Of a stretch of 64,000 bases of DNA, positions 8,439 to 18,139 are shown one piece after another; position 1 is the first letter of the stretch, and each line of letters opens with the position of its first letter. The notes beneath the pieces are model-generated. The model saw only the letters and a program-made list of their open reading frames with translations, was not told the origin of the DNA and did not search any database. Made by a program: the position numbers and the translations under genes. The DNA is from a virus, in the IMG/VR virus record IMGVR_UViG_3300047472_000449; one strand, written 5' to 3'.

Positions 8439-8801
8439 TTATGATGCTTCGTTTTGTTGGTTGTCAGTGTACTCACCCGCACGCCGATTGTCAATGTAGA
8501 AAACACTAAACACGGTGTACAGCCAAAACCCAATACCCATCGCAAAGCCAAGGTTGTAGAAAAACCCAGAATTGGACGCGGCATAAACGGTGGTTTCTGC
8601 GAAAAGGTTGGAGATCAACGCGCAGACAGACACCAGTCCATCGGTCAGGCCGTTAAAAAAACCGAGCTTGTAGCCGAAGTCGCCCTCGCCATAAACACTC
8701 GGTTTGAAGTCATTTGCCCAATGGTACAGGTACAAGACTGGCACCAGCAGTGCGAGAGTACCGAGCAGGAGCAGAATTTTGTGTTTTACGGTGGTGATCA
8801 T
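8439..8801 (-). CDS. membrane protein
   Basis: hydrophobic segments; YAASNSGFFYNLGFAMG. Confidence 0.7.
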   Translation of the reverse strand: MITTVKHKILLLLGTLALLVPVLYLYHWANDFKPSVYGEGDFGYKLGFFNGLTDGLVSVCALISNLFAETTVYAASNSGFFYNLGFAMGIGFWLYTVFSVFYIDNRRAGEYTDNQQNEAS

Positions 8802-9361
8802 GGTGTGCCCAGGGACTTGTTGGCGTGGTCGGTAATAGTGCGCAGTTGCTCATCGGTATAGCCCAGGCGGCTGAGGTCTACGGGTTTGTTCCACGCAGTT
8901 TTGCGTTGTCTGAAGCTCTGTCGCTCGCATGCCCACTCTACCGGCACTTTGTAGCCAAGCATTCGCGACAAGCGACGACGGACTGAGCTGATGTCGTAGG
9001 CAAAATTGCGGTACTTGCCCCTCACGTTGCCGAACAACGCTTCGTCTTCGACCTCCAGTACGTAGTTGTACTGAAGGATGAGTCGCCCGCCTTTGCGCTT
9101 TTGGTAGGTTAGCCATTCATGGGGTGTTACTGGATCGGTCTTACCCGGTATCCAGCCGTTTAGAACATACGGGTATAGGGGCGTCAAAAGCCCTTTACTT
9201 TCCCAGTACGCCTTCACTTTGAGAATGACCAGTCGTGCCTTGGCCTGTCGGAAGTTCTTTCGAAACTCCGGCAGGATCTGGATATGGTTGTGTTTGAAGT
9301 GGTGCATGGCCCAGCCGGGATGCGCTCCGCTGAATTCACACAGCTTGTCGAAACCGGCCAT
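8798..9361 (-). CDS. hypothetical protein, paralog of 9361-9873
   Basis: NHIQILPEFRKNFRQAKARLV; TAATG overlap with the upstream stop. Confidence 0.8.
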   Translation of the reverse strand: MAGFDKLCEFSGAHPGWAMHHFKHNHIQILPEFRKNFRQAKARLVILKVKAYWESKGLLTPLYPYVLNGWIPGKTDPVTPHEWLTYQKRKGGRLILQYNYVLEVEDEALFGNVRGKYRNFAYDISSVRRRLSRMLGYKVPVEWACERQSFRQRKTAWNKPVDLSRLGYTDEQLRTITDHANKSLGTP

Positions 9362-9873
9362 TACTGCACGACTTCTTCTGGGATAGGCTTGGCCCACGCC
9401 GTTTTGCGTGTTTTGAAATTCAGACGATCACACTCCCGCTCAACCTTGATCTTGTAACCTAGCATCCGCGACAAGCGACGGCGAACATCGCTGATATTGC
9501 AAGACCAGTTGAGGTACTTCCCTTTTACTTGCCCAAGCAGTGCTGGATCTTCAACAATGAGGGTGTAAGTGTAATCGAGCACGAGGCGATGCTTCTTTTC
9601 TTTCTCGCGTTCGAGATACTCGTGCGGGGTCATGGTGACCGGTTCGCCGGTTTTGCCGCTAACCCAGCCCTCCAGATCATATGGGGACGGCGACATTGTA
9701 GCGCCGCGCATATCGAGAAGTGGCTCAATTTTATTGATCACCAAGCGAGCTTTAGCGCCGCGAAATTTCTTGCGATGCTCGGGCATGATCTGGATGTGAT
9801 TGCGCTTGTAGCGATACATATCGCGACCAGGGTATTCTTCGCTGAATTCGCAAACTGTTTCGATGCCAGACAT
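9361..9873 (-). CDS. hypothetical protein, paralog of 8798-9361
   Basis: NHIQIMPEHRKKFRGAKARLV; promoter TTGACA(9928-9933)/TATAAT upstream. Confidence 0.8.
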   Translation of the reverse strand: MSGIETVCEFSEEYPGRDMYRYKRNHIQIMPEHRKKFRGAKARLVINKIEPLLDMRGATMSPSPYDLEGWVSGKTGEPVTMTPHEYLEREKEKKHRLVLDYTYTLIVEDPALLGQVKGKYLNWSCNISDVRRRLSRMLGYKIKVERECDRLNFKTRKTAWAKPIPEEVVQ

Positions 9874-10073
9874 GCTATTTGTCCTGAATTGTCAATTTGG
9901 CGAATATTATACATCAAAGCCCAGCAGTGTCAATGCCAAAAACACTTTAAGGGATGATGATGAGGCGGTATATCCTAATCAGCCTGGGCGCCTTCGCATC
10001 TCCACAAGCGAGCGCGTGGAGTGCGGTATTGAATCAATAGCAGACTGATCAATGGGGGCCTGTGTCGCCTTGT

Positions 10074-10451
10074 TCATTTGTCGGCTTTGCCCATTTGCAG
10101 GTATAGCGCCAGCCTTGGAGCCACCTCACTGTTCGTCGAGTAGCCATCGCAAATGAACTTCTCGCCTTCCGCAACAAAAAAGGTGTAGCCCTGGTCATCG
10201 CAAAAATCAGCAGAAAGGTAGTGCCCGGTCTGCTGGCATTGCCAAGTGACGGCAATCGAACCATCGCCACCCATCGTCAGGCTTGGCTCTTCGAATTGAG
10301 CGGCCTCGATGTTGACCAAAAAGGCTAGTACGCCTTTACCGGCATCAGGTGAGGCAGGGAGGCCACCGCAGCCATCCCAGTTCTCTTTTTCATCCAGGAA
10401 AGTCTGGAGCCGGTTATGGCTGTAGGTGAATTGAGTGGTTGTGGTGGTCAT
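10074..10451 (-). CDS. hypothetical protein (NWDG motif), paralog of 10448-10876
   Basis: FLDEKENWDGCGG...EPSLTMGGDGSIAVTW. Confidence 0.8.
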   Translation of the reverse strand: MTTTTTQFTYSHNRLQTFLDEKENWDGCGGLPASPDAGKGVLAFLVNIEAAQFEEPSLTMGGDGSIAVTWQCQQTGHYLSADFCDDQGYTFFVAEGEKFICDGYSTNSEVAPRLALYLQMGKADK

Positions 10452-10876
10452 GGCGTGTGCTCGCTAGGGGATGCTGTCGTTCGACAATGCTGATTCAGGG
10501 TCGATTGAAGTTCTGGGGCGAGATCGGTAGTCGCGCAGTGCCCCATGCTAACGGCCTTCTGATCGACTGTCGCGACAAACGTATAGCCGTCCGCGTCACA
10601 GAAATCCGCTGTGATGTAGTAATCATCGCTGATCCAGACCACGGCGACAGTGCCGTCAGCGCCCATGGCGAGGCCGGGTTCTTTAATGCCCTGCGCCTCA
10701 AGGTTCAATAGAAACGCCGTCACGGCCTCCCCCACGACTACTGAGGCGGCTTTCGCGCCAAAGCCGTCCCAGTTGTCGGACTCATTGAGGAATGTGGTCA
10801 GTCGAGCGTGTGCGCGCTTAAACGTGGTTGATGTTTTTGGGCTCAAAATCCTACTTCCTTGTGTCTTGAGTATCAA
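10448..10876 (-). CDS. hypothetical protein (NWDG motif), paralog of 10074-10451
   Basis: FLNESDNWDGFGA...EPGLAMGADGTVAVVW. Confidence 0.8.
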   Translation of the reverse strand: MILKTQGSRILSPKTSTTFKRAHARLTTFLNESDNWDGFGAKAASVVVGEAVTAFLLNLEAQGIKEPGLAMGADGTVAVVWISDDYYITADFCDADGYTFVATVDQKAVSMGHCATTDLAPELQSTLNQHCRTTASPSEHTP

Positions 10877-11162
10877 AGTACCAAAGTACGTGAGCGATTT
10901 TCACCAGTCCTGCCGCGAAAACAAAACGAAAACCGCATGTCCACCAGAATACAAAGGGATTAGCTTCCCTGGAATACAGTTTCGCCGGGCCTCCACGATT
11001 GGCGATGGAGACTTCGCCTGTCCAGCAGCCATGCAGACCGGCCAGCAGAAACATGACCGCAGCCATCGCGATGACTACCAGAACCATCGTTGCTGTGGCT
11101 GAGCGCTTTGTTCTACCTCGCTGATTGGCAGGGCGCCTAAGTTGCCGCTGCTGGCGTTTCAC
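10851..11162 (-). CDS. small membrane protein
   Basis: basic N-terminus and two hydrophobic segments. Confidence 0.65.
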   Translation of the reverse strand: MKRQQRQLRRPANQRGRTKRSATATMVLVVIAMAAVMFLLAGLHGCWTGEVSIANRGGPAKLYSREANPFVFWWTCGFRFVFAAGLVKIAHVLWYFDTQDTRK

Positions 11163-11506
11163 GCCGCTGTAACCGCTTTGTTTGCCTTGATCTGCTTTAC
11201 GAGGTGCTCAGTGTCGCCATGCAGCACTTCGGCAATGTATTTTTTCAGCCCATCAGGCAGCGTTTCCCAGGCAACCACAAACGATTTTTCAGCAATTGTG
11301 AGGGTGATTGGCTTAATTGGATACCGGCCCCACTCGTAATCGGTATTCCACATGATCTCAAATGAGCCAATGCGTGGCTTTCCGGTTGAGCCAAAGCCCA
11401 AGACCTTGGCAAATCGCAATGGCGCCATTTGGCTGCTGGTGCCTGGGATAATTAGCCAATCGCCTTCGCTGATCAGTTTGCCTGTAATATCGTGATTCTT
11501 CGACAC
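11159..11506 (-). CDS. hypothetical protein, paralog of 12151-12501
   Basis: DITGKLISEGDWLIIPG. Confidence 0.8.
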   Translation of the reverse strand: MSKNHDITGKLISEGDWLIIPGTSSQMAPLRFAKVLGFGSTGKPRIGSFEIMWNTDYEWGRYPIKPITLTIAEKSFVVAWETLPDGLKKYIAEVLHGDTEHLVKQIKANKAVTAA

Positions 11507-11569
11507 AACCCTGCTCCATATTTTGTTTGCTCAACATTAGCACAGATATTAAGCCGATAAATCATTCGC

Positions 11570-12121
11570 TCAAGGATTCAATCGTCGAATCCGCTCTTCG
11601 ATGAGGTACAGATCGTCCTCGTTGTCGAATTGCTGATCGATTGCCTTGGCCTTGCGTTGTTCCTCCAAAAACTCTTGTGCGAACTGCTCTTGGCACTGAA
11701 GTTCAGTCGGCACCGTGGCCAGTTCGCCATAATGGCTTCGCACCAGCAGTGCCAAGACTGCGAGGTGTGGATTGAGTGCCTGTGCGCTGAACGAGCCGTC
11801 GAAAAACCGAGCTTCCCATAGGTTGCCCGCTTCGTCCAGCGGCATGACGCCAACCTTGTACTTGAGCACCATCTCATGCATGAAATCGTGATGATGCACG
11901 GGTTGCCAGCGAAGGTTTTCCCCAGAGTAGCTATCCCAGCGCTTGGTGCTTTCGATGATGACTTCTTTATAGCCATCGTAGATTTCGACCTGAATCGGTT
12001 CGCCCACAACTTGAGCCACTGCCCAGTTGAATGCCAGATCAGAAAGTTCATTCACCGCTACGGTCACGGTGTGGTGTGGATTGAAGGTGATTTCTTTCTG
12101 TTCGTCTTCTACGAAGAGCAT
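11570..12121 (-). CDS. phage NinX-like (DUF2591-type) protein
   Basis: VAVNELSDLAFNWAVAQVVG N-terminal motif; C-terminal HLAVLALLVRSHYGE..VP. Confidence 0.6.
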   Translation of the reverse strand: MLFVEDEQKEITFNPHHTVTVAVNELSDLAFNWAVAQVVGEPIQVEIYDGYKEVIIESTKRWDSYSGENLRWQPVHHHDFMHEMVLKYKVGVMPLDEAGNLWEARFFDGSFSAQALNPHLAVLALLVRSHYGELATVPTELQCQEQFAQEFLEEQRKAKAIDQQFDNEDDLYLIEERIRRLNP

Positions 12122-12150
12122 GGCTGCGAATCCTGTAATTCAAATTGACA

Positions 12151-12501
12151 TTAAGCGACTTTTTTTGATCGTTTCTTCGTTTTAGGAGCGATTCCAACAT
12201 CGCCACCGAATGCTGTGTCGATGAGTTCAATCAGTCCCTTGGGCAAGGTGGATTGCGCAATGAGCCATGTTTTGGCTGGGATCATCAATGTGGTTGGCCT
12301 GTCCGGGGACTGCACCCAATGTCCGTAACTAGTCTGGAAGGTTTGCACCTTAGGCCAGCCCTGTGGGGTCATGCCCACAACTTTTCCCCAGCGGATAGGG
12401 GTCATGCCGCCGCCACTGGCGGGGATAACCAGCCAGTCTCCTTCGTTGATGACTTCGCCGGTAATGTCGTAATTCTTCGATGGATCGAATGCCTGTTTCA
12501 T
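12151..12501 (-). CDS. hypothetical protein, paralog of 11159-11506
   Basis: DITGEVINEGDWLVIPA. Confidence 0.8.
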   Translation of the reverse strand: MKQAFDPSKNYDITGEVINEGDWLVIPASGGGMTPIRWGKVVGMTPQGWPKVQTFQTSYGHWVQSPDRPTTLMIPAKTWLIAQSTLPKGLIELIDTAFGGDVGIAPKTKKRSKKVA

Positions 12502-12698
12502 AGGTTATTCCGCTATTAAGTGAGCGCCTGAAGATAGAATGGCTGAAGCGGCGCCTATTGTGTTTGTGATATTAACCAGACTGACGGATAATGTCAATCA
12601 CAATGACTCCTTCTGATCATTTGTTATTGGTCTGTTTCCTTGCTTTTAATTGACTTTTTCGGTTTTTGTTGTTACATTATTTGCCAAATTATAGGGAA

Positions 12699-14228
12699 AT
12701 GATCATGCACGAATTCAAATGTGTTTCACTTAAGCGCAAAGGCTCCAAGGTGATCATTTCCTTGCGCGCTCCTTTTTTGCTCAAAAGCCACTGCCTGATT
12801 TTTTGGTATCTGGATTCGCTGGTCAAAATGTACGGAGGAAAAGGCTTCGGTATGGCGTTCTGTCCTGACACCCAGGCCATTTACGACGACTATGCAGCCG
12901 AGGCCGCTCAGATTGAAAGCGAATTCACGGTAGGTCAGCGCCTGCTGTTTGATGGCGTCATGAAAGACATTGGTGGCCCGGCAACTGGCGATGTGGATGG
13001 TAACTGGCCACAGCTTGAGTTGTTGCACGAGGTTATCAAGACCGAGCGTTTTGAGGGTGATAATGCACATAAGCTTCGCTACACCGCTCGTAATGGCTAT
13101 GACCGCAATCTTCGCATTCTTACCATGAAAGACGACTTGGTGACCTTGTACGGGCCTGATGTGACGGCCAGCGTCATGTCAGCACTGCGTGAAGCCTACA
13201 AGCGTGATGGCAAAAAGAACATTCACACCAATGGCCTGACACATGTCGGTATGCGGGCGGGGTTCTCAAAAGAATTGTTTCTTTACTCCAAGCTGGAGCG
13301 TGCTTTTAACGACGAGATTCAAAAGCAGGATGAGGTGTGGATCAAAGATAACTTCAAGGTAATCGTAGCGGTTGTTCGCTATTTTGAAAAGATTGCCCGA
13401 CTGGAAAAAGTGTCTCCGCGCATTGAGCCTAAGCCGCCTGTTCAACTGCTGTTTCTGGCTGACCCGTTCTCGCGCAAGCTTCCGGACAGTGCTTATTTGG
13501 AAGAATACGAAGCGGCTCAGGCCGCAGGTATTCCTTGTTCTTTGATTTCTTATGAGAGCATTGACGAGGGAGGTGTCTTCAGGCCTTTCCCTGCCCTTTT
13601 GCCAGATTTGCCGGTGGTGTATCGCGGCTGGATGTTGTCGTTTGACAAATACAAGCGCCTTTACCAATTGATTATTGGCTCCAAGCGAGTCCTTCTAACT
13701 GATCCAGGTCGTTACTTGGAATGCCATCATCTGCCTCGGTGGTATCACTCCGTCTCGGACTTGACGCCTGACACCTTGATTCTAAAGGAGGGCGATGATT
13801 TCAAAGAAGCCTTGTCTGACAAGCCTTGGGCTCAATACTTCGTCAAGGATTACGTGAAGTCCCTGACCACTGGACGTGGTTCAGTGGCGAAAAACGCTGA
13901 TGAGGTACGTGAGATCGTCAACCTGATTAAAGAATATCGGGATGAGATCGAGGGTGGCGTCTGCATTCGTGAGTTCGAGGATTTCGTCCCGGCAACCGAA
14001 GAGCGCTATTTCGTATATCAGGGCCGCGCCTATGGCAGAGATGGGTTGGTGCCAGATATCGTTCGGGAGGTCGCCTGTCGCATTCCGGTGCCCTTCTATT
14101 CCGTGGACATCGTGATGAACAGCGCAGGCAAACACCGGTTGGTCGAATTGGGTGATGGTCAAGTGTCTGACCTCAAACATTGGCCCATCAACACCTTTAT
14201 CAATATTTTCAAGGCAACCACAGCATGA
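12699..14228 (+). CDS. two-domain protein with C-terminal ATP-grasp domain (R2K/DUF4343 type)
   Basis: YRGWML...YFVKDYVKS...GGVCIREFE...EERYFV...FYSVDIV...RLVELGDGQVSDLK. Confidence 0.8.
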   Translation: MIMHEFKCVSLKRKGSKVIISLRAPFLLKSHCLIFWYLDSLVKMYGGKGFGMAFCPDTQAIYDDYAAEAAQIESEFTVGQRLLFDGVMKDIGGPATGDVDGNWPQLELLHEVIKTERFEGDNAHKLRYTARNGYDRNLRILTMKDDLVTLYGPDVTASVMSALREAYKRDGKKNIHTNGLTHVGMRAGFSKELFLYSKLERAFNDEIQKQDEVWIKDNFKVIVAVVRYFEKIARLEKVSPRIEPKPPVQLLFLADPFSRKLPDSAYLEEYEAAQAAGIPCSLISYESIDEGGVFRPFPALLPDLPVVYRGWMLSFDKYKRLYQLIIGSKRVLLTDPGRYLECHHLPRWYHSVSDLTPDTLILKEGDDFKEALSDKPWAQYFVKDYVKSLTTGRGSVAKNADEVREIVNLIKEYRDEIEGGVCIREFEDFVPATEERYFVYQGRAYGRDGLVPDIVREVACRIPVPFYSVDIVMNSAGKHRLVELGDGQVSDLKHWPINTFINIFKATTA

Positions 14229-15406
14229 AGATCATCTACTCCGATCACCCGATTCCATCGGAAATAACCAAGTCTTTGTTCTTGGCTGGCCCTTCGCCTC
14301 GCGAGAAATCCGTGATCGATTGGCGCCTTGAAGCCGTGTCCTTGCTCAAGGCAATGAACTTTGACGGTGAGGTGTTTATTCCGATCCCTGAGGCCCGGTT
14401 TGCTGGCGGCGAAGATCAGGCTGACTGGACGTATGACAATCAGGTCGAGTGGGAGTGTAAGGCGCGGAACGTCGCAGATCAGATCCTGTTCTGGATTCCG
14501 CGAGACATCAAAAACGGCATGCCAGGGTTCACCACCAACATTGAATTTGGCGAAGACCTGGGTTCCGGGAAAATCGTTTACGGTCGCCCGCCTGCCGCTG
14601 AAAAATGCCGCTATCTGGATAAGCGCATCGAAGGCCTTGGGCTGGCGGTACACGATACGTTGGAGTCTGTGCTTGCCTGCGCCATTGGCGCGCTCGGCAA
14701 AGGCGCTCTGCGTTGCCAGGGCGAGGTTAACGTCCCCCTGTTCATCTGGAATACAGTGTCCTTTCAGGTCTGGTACGACAACCTGAAGCAGGCCGGTAAT
14801 CGCCTCGACGGCGCTCACCTGTTGCACCATTTCCGCTTGCCCAACGGGAAAGTGTTGAGTTTTAACTTGGCAGTGAACATCTGGGTCGCCGCTGAGCAGC
14901 GACACAAGAGCAACGAATTCATCATCTCGCGCCCTGATGTTTCGGTTGTCGTCGCGTACTACCAGGAAAACGTCAACGTGCCGCGCAAGCAAGTGGTGTT
15001 GATCAAGGAGTTTCGCAGCACCGTCAACAGCCCCGGTGGCTACGTCTACGAGCTTCCGGGTGGCAGCGCCGTGGAAAATCCGGACGTTGACCTAGCTGGA
15101 CTGGTGAACGCCCAGCATGAGCTGCATGAAGAAACCGGTATCCTGATCGACGACATGCGGCGCTTTGAATACGTCGGCCTAAAACAACTGACCGCCACAC
15201 AGTCCACGCACCGGGCACAGGTCTATCGCGTGGCGCTGACCCAGGCGGAATATGAATCGCTGGCGCGCAGTGCTGCCGAAGGCCATGAATTTGGTGTTGA
15301 GGGTGACGGTGAGCGCACTTCGGTTCATGTGGTGGATCTCATCGATCTTGACCGTTATGCGCTGGATTTCTCAATGATCGGCATTATCCACACGGCGCTT
15401 AAATAG
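14225..15406 (+). CDS. nucleoside 2-deoxyribosyltransferase-like / NUDIX hydrolase fusion
   Basis: SLFLAGPSPR...QVEWE...ILFWIPR...TTNIEFG (NDT-like) and YELPGGS...AQHELHEETG (NUDIX box); ATGA overlap with the ATP-grasp gene. Confidence 0.85.
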   Translation: MKIIYSDHPIPSEITKSLFLAGPSPREKSVIDWRLEAVSLLKAMNFDGEVFIPIPEARFAGGEDQADWTYDNQVEWECKARNVADQILFWIPRDIKNGMPGFTTNIEFGEDLGSGKIVYGRPPAAEKCRYLDKRIEGLGLAVHDTLESVLACAIGALGKGALRCQGEVNVPLFIWNTVSFQVWYDNLKQAGNRLDGAHLLHHFRLPNGKVLSFNLAVNIWVAAEQRHKSNEFIISRPDVSVVVAYYQENVNVPRKQVVLIKEFRSTVNSPGGYVYELPGGSAVENPDVDLAGLVNAQHELHEETGILIDDMRRFEYVGLKQLTATQSTHRAQVYRVALTQAEYESLARSAAEGHEFGVEGDGERTSVHVVDLIDLDRYALDFSMIGIIHTALK

Positions 15407-15414
15407 GAGGCTTC

Positions 15415-15636
15415 ATGTCAGAATGGATTAGAGTCAAGAGTCGTTATCCCGAGTACGAGGTGCCTGTGCTATGCAGGCTCAAGCACTGGTTCAAAGGCAC
15501 GATTCTAGAGGAGCGACTGATTCGGGTTGATGAAAGCGATTGCACGTGGAGAACAGTCGGTGATCGCTGTGAAGTCAGTTATGACTGGGATGTCATTGAG
15601 TGGCTTGAAACAGAGGTCAGCTCAGTTCCGAGCTGA
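15415..15636 (+). CDS. phage-type DUF551-like protein
   Basis: MSEWIRVKSRYPE...VIEW; AGGAGG SD. Confidence 0.6.
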   Translation: MSEWIRVKSRYPEYEVPVLCRLKHWFKGTILEERLIRVDESDCTWRTVGDRCEVSYDWDVIEWLETEVSSVPS

Positions 15637-15650
15637 CCTTTTCAGAGGGG

Positions 15651-16049
15651 TCAGTGAGGGAAGCGATTGTTCCTGTACGCTTCAAGCAGGACGGTCAACG
15701 TCCAGCTTTCCTCGCGACCCAGTGCAATGCTTTTGCCGATCAGTTCCATGTCGCTTTCAATCAGTTCGGCGATTTCATCTGAGTGAGGTTTGGAGATTCC
15801 CCCTGCGCGCAGGTGGGAGAACGAGGCCATAAACGCTTTCTCCACCGTTCTGTAGATCATGCTGAGTTCAACCAACGGAAATCGACAGGTCAATGGATCT
15901 GTTGTCTGAATGGCCTCCCACTCGCGATCCCATTGCTCCTTGAACGGGCTGCTATGCCGCGCTTTGAGCAACGTCTCCGCGTCCAGCTCTCTCAAAAAGC
16001 TGAAGTAGCGAGGGGTGAAGATCATCGCATTAAACTCAGTCAGCATCAT
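15651..16049 (-). CDS. hypothetical protein
   Basis: 132 aa ORF. Confidence 0.65.
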   Translation of the reverse strand: MMLTEFNAMIFTPRYFSFLRELDAETLLKARHSSPFKEQWDREWEAIQTTDPLTCRFPLVELSMIYRTVEKAFMASFSHLRAGGISKPHSDEIAELIESDMELIGKSIALGREESWTLTVLLEAYRNNRFPH

Positions 16050-16132
16050 GTCAGCGAAACCTTTCTTGCTTCCAATTTGATGCTTATTATATTAATCTTT
16101 CGTGTAATTGTCCATATAATAGGTGATTTTTC

Positions 16133-16387
16133 ATGCAAAAACAGACAGGCATCAGAGCCATGACCCTTACACTTCTACTCGGGGCGAGTGGGATCGCGCA
16201 AGCAGGCCAAGGGTTGTATACGGTCAATTGTGCGCCGAATAACATTGCTTATTGGGTCTTCTTCAGCACTAGCTGGGGGCATGACGTAAAGTTTACGAGC
16301 GGATTGGCGGTCGATAAAGAGGGTAAGCCATTGTCCTGTGAAGAAGCCAGAAAACTCGCTGATGAGGCAAAGCGCTCACGACAATAG
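16133..16387 (+). CDS. small secreted protein
   Basis: signal peptide ending GIAQA; two Cys. Confidence 0.7.
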   Translation: MQKQTGIRAMTLTLLLGASGIAQAGQGLYTVNCAPNNIAYWVFFSTSWGHDVKFTSGLAVDKEGKPLSCEEARKLADEAKRSRQ

Positions 16388-16455
16388 TTTTTATCATTGA
16401 CACTTTGGCGTTTTCTCGTTAAACTGGCCCCCTACGTTCAAAGAGACTCCGCATC

Positions 16456-16803
16456 ATGGAACAGACGATTGCCACCCGCTACGAGATTCTTCGCAACCTG
16501 ACCCCGGACAGTCTGAAAAAGATTGATCTGGCAGAAGAGCCGCTGCGGGTTGTCACCTTGATGAACGAAGCGCGGTTTCTTGAGCGTGACGGCGCCCTGA
16601 TTCACCAGTCCACGGTATTCTTCGATGATCGTGGCCATGATTGGCAGTGGGAAAACGGCAAGCTGCGCTACTTTGCGCGGGCGACGGTTTGTGATGTTCT
16701 GGTCGTTTACGAAGAGCAAGTCGTTGAGCGTGAGCCGGAAATGAATTTCTGTCCTCATTGCGGCGTCAAGCTGGCGGAAAACCCAGGCCACGCCTGTCGC
16801 TAA
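16456..16803 (+). CDS. hypothetical protein with C-terminal zinc ribbon
   Basis: MNFCPHCGVKL; promoter TTGACA(16397-16402) upstream. Confidence 0.7.
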   Translation: MEQTIATRYEILRNLTPDSLKKIDLAEEPLRVVTLMNEARFLERDGALIHQSTVFFDDRGHDWQWENGKLRYFARATVCDVLVVYEEQVVEREPEMNFCPHCGVKLAENPGHACR

Positions 16804-16835
16804 CATCCCGTTCAATCCTCTTGTGGGGGCGCAAA

Positions 16836-17822
16836 ATGTCGTATTCCAAAGAACAGCTGCTGGTTGCCATCGACTACATTTACCGTCAGAAACGCTCCTT
16901 CAGTGTGAAGGTCATGGCAGAAAATGCCGGTGTGCCTGTGGACTTGATGGAAGCCGTGGTGGAGGCGCTGCCGCAGATCTCCTGCGCCAAACTGGACTGC
17001 ACGCCAGCCGGTAGGATCAAAAACTTCAAAATGACTTATCGTGCTGAGGGTTTTGTTTTCCTTACCCAAAGCCGCGTATGGTGCAATGGTGTTGTAACGG
17101 AATCGGCTGGTAAAGGTTGGTTCGTCAACAGTAAGTACGCCGAGCATCTTCAGACTTACCGTGATCGTGCGGCCCAAGAAGGTCTGCGATTTTATGAAGA
17201 TCTGAAGCTTGAGGTGATTGCTCAAGAGGTGTTCTTCAGGCTTTATCCTGACCAAGTGCCTAAAATCGAAGTGGTCGTGGTTGAGCACGAATTCCCGCAC
17301 CTGATTGATTTTCCTGACACGTTGGCCAGGGTGCAGGATCTGTCTGGTATTGTGGTGGCGCTGGAGCAGAAAATCGCTCATCTGGAGGCCACAGACAAGG
17401 CAAATAAGGAGACGTATGAGCGCGAATACCGTGAGGCTGAATCGGGTCGCCGGGTGAAAAAAGTGCCATACCTCGTACAAACTGGCACCGAACGACAGTT
17501 TTCTCACACGAGAGTCGAGACCTGTGACTTTTGGGGTCAAGCAGGTCAGTCGGAAGATGTTTACAGCAATAACCCTGTTTATGAAACTCGCCACCGCACA
17601 GAGCGTGATTATCCCAAAGAGCCTGACTACCACCGGGAAGAGATCCGCTCGCTAAGCCAGGATCTGACCCGTGCCCAGCGCGAATTCAGGTGGCTGAACG
17701 ACAGTCCGTCAGGCTACCAAAAAGATGCTACAGAGCGGCGCAAACAAGAACAATTGCGCAGCGACTACCAGAAAGAGCAGCGAGAACTTGACGCAAAATA
17801 CAAAAAACTGGGGATGATCTAA
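16836..17822 (+). CDS. hypothetical protein (HTH-like N-terminus, coiled coils)
   Basis: long ORF, probable start MSYSKEQ. Confidence 0.75.
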   Translation: MSYSKEQLLVAIDYIYRQKRSFSVKVMAENAGVPVDLMEAVVEALPQISCAKLDCTPAGRIKNFKMTYRAEGFVFLTQSRVWCNGVVTESAGKGWFVNSKYAEHLQTYRDRAAQEGLRFYEDLKLEVIAQEVFFRLYPDQVPKIEVVVVEHEFPHLIDFPDTLARVQDLSGIVVALEQKIAHLEATDKANKETYEREYREAESGRRVKKVPYLVQTGTERQFSHTRVETCDFWGQAGQSEDVYSNNPVYETRHRTERDYPKEPDYHREEIRSLSQDLTRAQREFRWLNDSPSGYQKDATERRKQEQLRSDYQKEQRELDAKYKKLGMI

Positions 17823-17878
17823 CGGTTTGGTTTTGACGTGCTTACGTCAGCAGGGGCGCCTTTCGGCGCCCTTTTGCA

Positions 17879-18139
17879 TTATGGGATAAAGGCGACGGCG
17901 TTCAGGTGGGTGGCCTGGAAGGACGGGGTGGAAAGCGCGATTTCCAGCAGGATGTTCTCGGCCATGTTGCTATCAGGCCCATCATTTTTGTCCATCTGAT
18001 CCAAAATGACCGTAGCGTTCATCTGTTCCAGTTCTTTCCTGCTTTCTGCCCAAATCGCCGAGGCTTGCTCATCGGTCAAATCCAGTTCGCAATGCGAGTG
18101 GATGATGTCTTTGATGATTTGTTTGTGCGTCATTCCCAT
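17879..18139 (-). CDS. hypothetical protein
   Basis: 86 aa; LTDEQASAIWAESR shared with 33614-34255. Confidence 0.65.
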   Translation of the reverse strand: MGMTHKQIIKDIIHSHCELDLTDEQASAIWAESRKELEQMNATVILDQMDKNDGPDSNMAENILLEIALSTPSFQATHLNAVAFIP

